Positions 57,733-63,649 of a DNA stretch of 64,000 nucleotides are shown piece after piece (the stretch's first letter is position 1; each line of letters opens with the position of its first letter). The position numbers and the translations under genes are program-made. Source of the stretch: a virus. The notes under the pieces are model-generated. The model was not told the origin of the DNA. It made no database searches and was given only the letters and a program-made list of their open reading frames with translations. The stretch is taken from positions 1-64,000 of the IMG/VR virus record IMGVR_UViG_3300027782_006229; one strand, 5' to 3'.

Positions 57733-57807
57733 TGGCTCCCCAGGTACGGTTCGAACGTACGACATGACGGTTAACAGCCGTCCGCTCTACCACTGAGCTA
57801 CTGGGGA
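57733..57807 (-). tRNA. tRNA-Asn(GUU)
   Basis: Loop CT-GTT-AA, GCCA. Confidence 0.95.
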
Positions 57808-58145
57808 TTTTTATCTGCAACAATATATATTCTGTCTAATTGTTGTTCAACTAAAATTTTGTTTAAATCTTCTCTGTATATTTTACACAATGCAAAAACT
57901 CTATCGAGCATTCTATTTGCATTGGTAATCATCTTATGTGACTCAAAGCTGTAGATGCAATCATGAACTCGATGCATTCTAATACACCCAAATTCAGTTG
58001 CCTCGTTATCGAGTTTTTCAAAAAGTTCTTCAATTGATTTAATATGACCCCAATCTAGAGAATAAGGAATTCCTGTAAACTTACACTGATGCTCAACTAT
58101 CTCTTTGATTTTACTTTTATTGATAACGAAGATTGGTTGTTTCAT
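57798..58145 (-). CDS. Hypothetical protein inside the tRNA array
   Basis: 115-aa ORF; its stop codon lies inside the 5' end of tRNA-Asn. Confidence 0.55.
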   Translation of the reverse strand: MKQPIFVINKSKIKEIVEHQCKFTGIPYSLDWGHIKSIEELFEKLDNEATEFGCIRMHRVHDCIYSFESHKMITNANRMLDRVFALCKIYREDLNKILVEQQLDRIYIVADKNPQ

Positions 58146-58150
58146 AAAAT

Positions 58151-58224
58151 TGGATGCAGGTCGGGAATCGCACCGCGCTCTATGGGTTATGAGCCCAGAA
58201 TGGTCACTAGACCACTTACCTGCA
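58151..58224 (-). tRNA. tRNA-Met(CAU), initiator-like
   Basis: Loop CT-CAT-AA with three consecutive G-C pairs in the anticodon stem; T-loop TGCGATT. Confidence 0.75.
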
Positions 58225-58233
58225 ATTTGAAAT

Positions 58234-58311
58234 TGGCAGAGCTGATGGGTGCTGCCCCCACTCTATATCTCGCTCGACAGGCGAGTGTCAATGCTGTTTG
58301 ACTTCAGCTCT
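58234..58311 (-). tRNA. tRNA-Asp(GUC)
   Basis: Loop CT-GTC-GA, G73, T-loop GGCAGCA. Confidence 0.85.
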
Positions 58312-58320
58312 ATTTGAAAT

Positions 58321-58397
58321 TGGTAACGGCGACGGGGATCGAACCCGCGGTCTTCACGTTGAAAGCGTGACGATTTAACCAACTAATCTACACCGTC
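58321..58397 (-). tRNA. tRNA-Glu(UUC)
   Basis: Loop CT-TTC-AA, ACCA. Confidence 0.92.
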
Positions 58398-58443
58398 ATT
58401 TAAATTAATTACTCTTTTATTATAACTTATTTCCTTTTGAAAT

Positions 58444-58520
58444 TGGTCATCCCAGAGGTAGTTGCAACCTCACCATACCGGATTAAAAGTCCGGTGCCGG
58501 TCTACTGTGGCTTTAGGATG
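58444..58520 (-). tRNA. tRNA-Lys(UUU)
   Basis: Loop CT-TTT-AA, T-loop TGCAACT. Confidence 0.85.
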
Positions 58521-58529
58521 TTTTGAAAT

Positions 58530-58603
58530 TGGTGCCTCTAGCTGGAATCGAACCAGCGTTTATCGCGTATGAAACGATCATTCTACCATTGAATTATAGA
58601 GGC
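58530..58603 (-). tRNA. tRNA-Met(CAU) (elongator, or Ile2)
   Basis: Loop TT-CAT-AC, ACCA. Confidence 0.85.
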
Positions 58604-58612
58604 TTTTGAAAT

Positions 58613-58687
58613 TGGCAGCTCCCCCAAGACTCGAACTTGGACTAAAAGATTCAAAATCTTCTGTGCTAACCATTACACTAAGGAGCC
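58613..58687 (-). tRNA. tRNA-Gln(UUG)
   Basis: Loop TT-TTG-AA, GCCA. Confidence 0.92.
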
Positions 58688-58696
58688 ATTTGAAAT

Positions 58697-58773
58697 TGGT
58701 ACCCGTAGAGGGATTCGAACCCCCAACATTATGATCCTAAATCATATGCATCTACCAGTTGTGCTATACGGGC
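58697..58773 (-). tRNA. tRNA-Leu(UAG), short variable loop
   Basis: Loop TT-TAG-GA, ACCA. Confidence 0.88.
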
Positions 58774-58782
58774 ATTTGAAAT

Positions 58783-58859
58783 TGGTACTCTCGGAGGTAG
58801 TTGCAACCTCATCATATCCGGTTAAGAGCCGGGTGCCGATCTACTGTAGCATCGAGAGT
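58783..58859 (-). tRNA. tRNA-Lys(CUU)
   Basis: Loop CT-CTT-AA, T-loop TGCAACT. Confidence 0.85.
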
Positions 58860-58867
58860 ATTTGAAA

Positions 58868-58942
58868 TGGTGGCGCATCAGGCTTTTCACCCTTCCTCTG
58901 GCACCAGTGTGGCCAGCGTGCTTTACCTTACACTATTGCGCG
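58868..58942 (-). ncRNA. tRNA-like RNA with no canonical anticodon loop
   Basis: D-arm GTGT/GCAC, stem CTGGC/GCCAG closing a 9-nt loop CACACTGGT, C1:C72 mismatch, ACCA end. Confidence 0.7.
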
Positions 58943-58946
58943 GAAA

Positions 58947-59021
58947 TGGTACCTCATAGAAGATTCGAACTCCTACTTTTTCGTTCGTAGCGAAACGTGC
59001 TTTCCATTACACTAACGAGGC
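58947..59021 (-). tRNA. tRNA-Arg(ACG)
   Basis: Loop CT-ACG-AA, ACCA. Confidence 0.92.
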
Positions 59022-59029
59022 ATTTAAAA

Positions 59030-59105
59030 TGGCACCCGGTGTGGGAATCGAACCCACCCACTCAGATTTGGAGTCTAAGTCGCCAGCCTTGGAACATTAC
59101 CGGAT
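59030..59105 (-). tRNA. tRNA-Trp(CCA)
   Basis: Loop CT-CCA-AA, GCCA. Confidence 0.9.
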
Positions 59106-59111
59106 ATAAAT

Positions 59112-59185
59112 TGGTCCTTCTGGCAGGAATTGAACCTGCGTCGCTGCCTTATCAAGACAGAGCTAAACCACTCAGCTACAGAAGG
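59112..59185 (-). tRNA. tRNA-Ile(GAU)
   Basis: Loop TT-GAT-AA, ACCA. Confidence 0.88.
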
Positions 59186-59193
59186 TTTGAAAT

Positions 59194-59268
59194 TTGCACC
59201 CCTAGTTGGATTTGCACCAACGTCTATGGTTTATCGGTCCATTGCTAAAGCTGCTCAGCTACAGGGGC
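59194..59268 (-). tRNA. Atypical tRNA-Ile(GAU)-like gene (C33, G73, 3' CAA)
   Basis: Cloverleaf with loop CC-GAT-AA; no encoded CCA. Confidence 0.6.
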
Positions 59269-59277
59269 ATTTGAAAT

Positions 59278-59355
59278 TGTAGGATGGTTGCGAGGTTTTA
59301 CCCGAAACGCCTCACCATCAGTCTTTCGGCCACACACTAGCATTGCTGCTCTACA
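59278..59355 (-). ncRNA. Unassigned 78-nt four-way-junction RNA
   Basis: TGTAG/CTACA closing stem, AGCA-GCAA-TGCT and GAAA tetraloop hairpins, GATGGT-GAGG/CCTC-ACCATC stem. Confidence 0.6.
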
Positions 59356-59359
59356 AAAA

Positions 59360-59453
59360 TGGAGGAGAGCTGCGGTCCTGCCCCGCACACCTCTTTTTAG
59401 GAAGTGCGTGATGTTTAGCAAACATCCCTAGCGCCTTGTCTAGTTAACTCTCC
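59360..59453 (-). tRNA. tRNA-Ser(GCU)
   Basis: Loop TT-GCT-AA, long V-arm, T-loop GGCAGGA, U73. Confidence 0.85.
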
Positions 59454-59456
59454 ATA

Positions 59457-59537
59457 TGGGCCGGTCTTTGGTAAGTTTTCGCTATGCGAAGGTTTCTTTC
59501 TAAGTGCCTTTTTATCGGGTATGCTCCGGGCCGATCT
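59457..59537 (-). ncRNA. Unassigned CCA-ending structured RNA
   Basis: ATCGG/CCGAT hairpin, TTCGC/GCGAA hairpin, 3' ACCGGCCCA. Confidence 0.5.
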
Positions 59538-59544
59538 TATAAAC

Positions 59545-59621
59545 TGGTCAGGATAGCGAGATTTGAACTCGCGCTTCTAGATCCCAAATCTAGTGTGCTA
59601 CCAGGCTACAACTATATCCTG
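59545..59621 (-). tRNA. tRNA-Pro(UGG)
   Basis: Loop TT-TGG-GA, C1-G72, ACCA. Confidence 0.88.
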
Positions 59622-59632
59622 TTGAAAATTAA

Positions 59633-59724
59633 TTAGGCTGATGTGCTTATTCCGCTATCTATGCATCAATAATCAATATCTGGCTCCCACACACATCATA
59701 AATGGCCATTGACCTGCCGCCTAA
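59633..59724 (-). ncRNA. Unassigned ~92-nt structured RNA
   Basis: TTAGGC/GCCTAA and TGATGTGT/GCACATCA stems. Confidence 0.55.
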
Positions 59725-59726
59725 AT

Positions 59727-59803
59727 TGGTCAGGATAGTTGGATTCGAACCAACGACCACTCACTTCCAAGGCGAGTGCGCTACCAGACTGCGCTATATC
59801 CTG
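59727..59803 (-). tRNA. tRNA-Pro(UGG), second copy
   Basis: Loop CT-TGG-AA, ACCA. Confidence 0.92.
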
Positions 59804-59810
59804 TTGAAAT

Positions 59811-59885
59811 TGGTGCGGTGTGAGGGAATCGAACCCTCTCCTTCTGATTGGAAGTCAGGTGTGCAGCCATTAACATTTACACCGC
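59811..59885 (-). tRNA. tRNA-Gly(UCC)
   Basis: Loop CT-TCC-AA, A73. Confidence 0.9.
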
Positions 59886-59894
59886 TTTTGAAAT

Positions 59895-59978
59895 TGGAGC
59901 TGGATGTGAGATTCGAACTCACGAAGCTATCGCAATGGTTTACAAAACCATCCCCTTTGGCCACTTGGGTAATCCAGC
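59895..59978 (-). tRNA. tRNA-Thr(UGU) with extended variable arm
   Basis: Loop TT-TGT-AA; 12-nt variable region; Tyr-like D-arm. Confidence 0.85.
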
Positions 59979-59986
59979 ATAAAAAT

Positions 59987-60060
59987 TGGAGCGTTATATG
60001 GGATTCGAGCCCATTCAATAACCTTGGCAAGGTCATATGCAGCCATCACATCCATAACGC
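59987..60060 (-). tRNA. tRNA-Gly(GCC)
   Basis: Loop TT-GCC-AA, TCCA. Confidence 0.88.
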
Positions 60061-60061
60061 A

Positions 60062-60153
60062 TGGAGGAAGAAGTGAGATTCGAACTCACGGAGGTTTTTA
60101 GGCCTCAACGCATTTCAAGTGCGCCGCCTTAAACCAGGCTCAGCCATTCTTCC
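60062..60153 (-). tRNA. tRNA-Ser(UGA)
   Basis: Loop CT-TGA-AA, long V-arm, U73. Confidence 0.92.
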
Positions 60154-60159
60154 ATAAAT

Positions 60160-60226
60160 TGGACGGTGTTTTCTTTTACTTCAGATCACCGAAAGTCTGA
60201 ACTTCAGAGGTCGGGTAGAAGCCGAC
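60160..60226 (-). ncRNA. Hairpin plus H-type pseudoknot RNA ending in UCCA
   Basis: GTCGG-CTTCTAC-CCGAC; TTCAGA/TCTGAA with loop CGGTG pairing to 3' CACCG; then TCCA. Confidence 0.6.
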
Positions 60227-60231
60227 ATAAA

Positions 60232-60319
60232 TGGTGGGGTAGGTTGGATTCGAACCAACTCAGCCGCAGAGGCTACAGATTTACAGTCTGTCCTGACTCT
60301 CCAACTTCAGCGCTACCCC
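60232..60319 (-). tRNA. tRNA-Tyr(GUA)
   Basis: Loop CT-GTA-AA, long V-arm, ACCA. Confidence 0.92.
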
Positions 60320-60324
60320 ATAAA

Positions 60325-60400
60325 TGGTCCCTGTGTAAGGAATCGAACCTTACCGTCTCACTCTTCAGGCGAGCGCAATCTCCAGATTTGCTTCACAGGG
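60325..60400 (-). tRNA. tRNA-Phe(GAA)
   Basis: Loop CT-GAA-GA, ACCA. Confidence 0.9.
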
Positions 60401-60409
60401 TTAAAATAG

Positions 60410-60557
60410 ATAGTTTTTGGTGGCTACACCAGGCAACTTCACGATATCGTTACAAACCCATATGCTATTTTTCTTTATTATTAATCACTGTAGACTTTCA
60501 TCTCCGTCGCATTCTGCGAGCTCTTGGGCTATTTTGGTTATCCCTCGTCGTGAACCT
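60410..60557 (-). ncRNA. Structured leader/ncRNA at the head of the tRNA operon
   Basis: TTCACGA/TCGTGAA, AGCCCA/TGGGTT, TCGCA/TGCGA, AGAT-GAAA-GTCT and GGTG/CACC stems. Confidence 0.5.
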
Positions 60558-60573
60558 TATTTATTATTCTAAT

Positions 60574-60590
60574 ATTATAATCTATTTCCT
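60574..60590 (-). promoter_or_regulatory. tRNA-operon promoter (AGGAAA-N5-TATAAT), followed by ATAAATA
   Basis: TTGAGA..AGGAAA TAGAT TATAAT. Confidence 0.7.
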
Positions 60591-60615
60591 TTATCTCAAC
60601 TATCTTTTTTAATTA

Positions 60616-60714
60616 TTATCTTAAAATCGATTGAGGCATCGGAATAGACCAATCATATCCCTCGCAACCTTTACTAAAGGCGCGCTGTTTGAGATATGTT
60701 AGATTTTGGTTCAT
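60616..60714 (-). CDS. 32-aa small ORF upstream of the tRNA operon
   Basis: TATAAATA-N7-ATG; MNQNLTYLKQRAFSKGCEGYDWSIPMPQSILR. Confidence 0.45.
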   Translation of the reverse strand: MNQNLTYLKQRAFSKGCEGYDWSIPMPQSILR

Positions 60715-60844
60715 CTGAAATTATTTATATCAGACGGCCTAATTATCCACATCAAAAATGCACTTTTTAGTAAATTTGTGAAGTTGTATTAAATTAATTG
60801 TATTACTACTTTCATTCTTTACACCTTTATTATAACGACTTTCC

Positions 60845-61387
60845 TTATGATATTTTCTGATACCAACAAGGTTGTTTTCTCTTTGTCCAAGTTGCAAAAT
60901 CTTTATCGTGTATAATATATTGCTTATATTGATCAATAACAGATAGCTTATCAAAACCTTTAGTTTGACGGCATTTACTATCCTTACTAATTGCAACCGT
61001 AAATGGTGTTAAACCACGTTGCTCAACAATAGTATGATTTCGATTTTGATCACACCATTTTAAAAATATTGAACTAAAATGTTCTGGGCTACCAACCCAT
61101 CTAAAATTACGTTCATCAACCATCGCAAGAGCATGGTCAAGTAACCACTCAAAATTTGCTTGAGATTCAATCGTCCAAAGAGTACATTGATGCTTTGCAT
61201 AACCTTTACCTCTACGACGTACTGACCCAGCTTTAGTTCTAGGACATGTCTCATGAGACAACGAGTCCTGCGAAAATGCGTTTTGAAGCATAATGCAGGA
61301 CTCAATAATCATTTTAGATCTTGCATGTTGATCGCAAAGATTGATTGCAGATACAACAGGATCTTTATCAGTTACAAAAATATTCAT
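60845..61387 (-). CDS. Pyrimidine-dimer DNA glycosylase (DenV-related) family protein
   Basis: MNIF..D.DP..SA...CD.H..KM..E..Q...H.CT.W...N..WL...Y..Y...K..FATW. Confidence 0.75.
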   Translation of the reverse strand: MNIFVTDKDPVVSAINLCDQHARSKMIIESCIMLQNAFSQDSLSHETCPRTKAGSVRRRGKGYAKHQCTLWTIESQANFEWLLDHALAMVDERNFRWVGSPEHFSSIFLKWCDQNRNHTIVEQRGLTPFTVAISKDSKCRQTKGFDKLSVIDQYKQYIIHDKDFATWTKRKQPCWYQKIS

Positions 61388-61393
61388 AACTGA

Positions 61394-61410
61394 ATTATAT
61401 TTTATTTCCT
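61394..61410 (-). promoter_or_regulatory. AGGAAA-N5-TATAAT promoter
   Basis: AGGAAA TAAAA TATAAT, 6 nt before ATG. Confidence 0.7.
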
Positions 61411-62020
61411 AAACCAAAGATCTACTACCTTGAGCAAATTCAATAAATTTATAAAATTCATTTCTACTATTATCACCCGTCTCATGGAATGAACCAGACA
61501 TACGAGCTGTACGCATAGTTGAATTTTGTTTAATACCTCTCAAAGAACAACAAGTATGATTTGCTTCAACCATAATTGCAACACCTTTATTATTAATACA
61601 TAAATCACTAATATATTTGTGAATACTCATCGTTAAATTTTCTTGTACAGAAGGTCTGCGTGAAAAATAATCAACAATACGATTTAGTTTAGATAAACCA
61701 ATTACTTTACCATCTGGATCTGGTAGATAAGCTACGTGAGCATATCCAAAGAAAGGTAAGTTATGATGTGCACACATACTCACAACAGGTATATTAGTTT
61801 GACATACCATACCATCATATTGACCATCATTAGTAAATGCAGTAATTTTAGGTTCATCCATAAAGCAACCTGCTGCTAGATCGTTAACCCATGCTTTAGT
61901 AACTCGACGAGGTGTATCTTCCATATGCGGATGATTTTGCCAATCGAAGCCAAGTGCACTTAGAAATTGACCGTAAGCTTGCTCTGCTTGTTTAATATCA
62001 TATTTTTGACTCATATTCAC
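61409..62020 (-). CDS. folE: GTP cyclohydrolase I
   Basis: DTPRRV, SMCAHH.LPF.G, IGLSKLNR, VQE.LT, H.C...RG. Confidence 0.95.
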   Translation of the reverse strand: MNMSQKYDIKQAEQAYGQFLSALGFDWQNHPHMEDTPRRVTKAWVNDLAAGCFMDEPKITAFTNDGQYDGMVCQTNIPVVSMCAHHNLPFFGYAHVAYLPDPDGKVIGLSKLNRIVDYFSRRPSVQENLTMSIHKYISDLCINNKGVAIMVEANHTCCSLRGIKQNSTMRTARMSGSFHETGDNSRNEFYKFIEFAQGSRSLV

Positions 62021-62168
62021 TATATTATGGCTTATTAATTACAATATTCAAGATAAAAATAATAAAAAAATAGTCAGTTGATTTTTGATCTCATACCATA
62101 TTAAATAAAGTCATAACATCTAATAAAAAAAAAGTTGAAAAGATAAAAATACCAGCTATAATAAATGT

Positions 62169-62843
62169 ATGAGTAGCAGTATATATTCTTCAACAAAATT
62201 AATTAGTCTTGGTTCTTGTGCATTCCGTCAGTGGAGAGCAACACATAGTCATTGTTCAAAAATTCATGGTTATGAATTAAAAGCAAAGTTTAATTTCGCA
62301 GGTCCATTTTTAGATGGTCGTAATTGGATTATTGACTTTGGTGAACTTGATGAGATTAAAAATACATTAAATGGTATCTTTGATCATACTCTTTGTGTAG
62401 CAGCAGATGATCCTCATCTAGAAGATTTTAAAGCCCTTAATGAAAAAGGTATTGTTGATCTTCGTATTTTCGAAAGAGGTGTTGGTGCTGAAAGAGTTGC
62501 TGAAATTTGCTTCGAAGTTGCAACTAATTATTTAAAATCAAAATATGGTGAACTACGTTGGGTTGAAAAAGTTGAAGTATTTGAACATGATAGAAACTCA
62601 GCAATTTATTCTAATCCTCGTTATGTAGATAATTCAATTTTTACACCAACTACAGAAGATGCTGAAGCTATTGTAAAAACATATCTTGAAAATGAAGCTA
62701 AAAAAGCACAGCAACATGTAGAACAACAGGTAGCTGAAGTAGAAAAAGAACAGGTAGCTACAGAAAGTAATGCAGCTCCAGTAGGTAAGCGAGCAACTAG
62801 TGGTAATTACTCAGGATTATTTGCTGGAACGAGGTGGGGATGA
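62169..62843 (+). CDS. queD: 6-carboxy-5,6,7,8-tetrahydropterin synthase
   Basis: HC.KIHGY, W..DFG, FDH, GAE, V.VFE...NSA. Confidence 0.9.
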   Translation: MSSSIYSSTKLISLGSCAFRQWRATHSHCSKIHGYELKAKFNFAGPFLDGRNWIIDFGELDEIKNTLNGIFDHTLCVAADDPHLEDFKALNEKGIVDLRIFERGVGAERVAEICFEVATNYLKSKYGELRWVEKVEVFEHDRNSAIYSNPRYVDNSIFTPTTEDAEAIVKTYLENEAKKAQQHVEQQVAEVEKEQVATESNAAPVGKRATSGNYSGLFAGTRWG

Positions 62844-63583
62844 TATTTAGGTATACCTTCTAATACTTTAACAATATGTTTTAGTATTTCAGAACGTACA
62901 ATTTCGTTTATACCAAACTTTAAGCAATAGATCTCATTATCTTTACTAAATGGTGTATTGAATGCGTTGAGCACATCTCTAAATCCAGAATTTCTAATAT
63001 CTGTTTGAAATGTGTCACCAACGATTACGTACTTGGATTTATGTCCAAATCTAGTAAGAATGGTAGTTAGTTCTTCTTTACTTAAATTTTGTGATTCATC
63101 AACGATTACAAGAGATCGATTAAAGGTAAGACCACGACAATAGTTAACAGGTATACCTTTAATCATCTCACTTTTATAGAGGTTATCAGCTGTAGATTTG
63201 CTGCTAATTTCTGTAATTTTTTCAATTAGTGGCATTGACCACGGTAAAAATTTATCATTTACTTCACCAGGAAGTGATCCCATCTGCTTTGATGCAGATT
63301 CTACAATTGATCTGATATAAAAAATTTGATCAATATAATGTTCTTTTAAAAGATGTAAACCAGCTAAGACAGCAATATATGTCTTAGCTGTACCTGCAGG
63401 TCCGTCTACAAATACCATTTTCGTTTTATTTGTCTGTAATAACTGCAAAAACTCTTTATGTTTATCATTAAACTGGAACGGTGTTTTTATCTCATAATTT
63501 AGTACAGCATTTTTATTAATGTTTTCATAAATTTCTGCAACTAACTCAGGATTTTCATCCCGACGTCGAGGTTTTTTGGTCAT
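62807..63583 (-). CDS. phoH: PhoH-like ATPase
   Basis: GPAGTAKT, LPG...K, RGLTF, VDESQN, LTRFG, GD..Q.D, IVRS. Confidence 0.92.
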   Translation of the reverse strand: MTKKPRRRDENPELVAEIYENINKNAVLNYEIKTPFQFNDKHKEFLQLLQTNKTKMVFVDGPAGTAKTYIAVLAGLHLLKEHYIDQIFYIRSIVESASKQMGSLPGEVNDKFLPWSMPLIEKITEISSKSTADNLYKSEMIKGIPVNYCRGLTFNRSLVIVDESQNLSKEELTTILTRFGHKSKYVIVGDTFQTDIRNSGFRDVLNAFNTPFSKDNEIYCLKFGINEIVRSEILKHIVKVLEGIPKYHPHLVPANNPE

Positions 63584-63649
63584 ACAAATATTTAGAGTAT
63601 TTTACAGTAAAAATGTTGAGTTTTTGAAAGTGTCAATTATAATATAAAT

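Noticed and set aside
59278-59355. Hammerhead ribozyme (CTGATG and GAAA present)
   Set aside because: The core reads CTGATGG rather than CUGANGA, and GAAA is a tetraloop in the wrong topology
59457-59537. preQ1-I riboswitch (5-bp stem, 12-nt loop, A-run)
   Set aside because: The conserved U residues at the start of the loop are C here, and it is not upstream of a coding gene
56643-60400. CRISPR-like array from the recurring TTTGAAATTGG motif
   Set aside because: It is the reverse complement of the tRNA CCA end plus AU-rich spacer; the intervening units are tRNAs
56710-60612. ORF-track entries overlapping tRNAs (e.g. 56710, 57242, 58089, 58997, 59702, 59794, 60166)
   Set aside because: Spurious frames across tRNA/ncRNA genes
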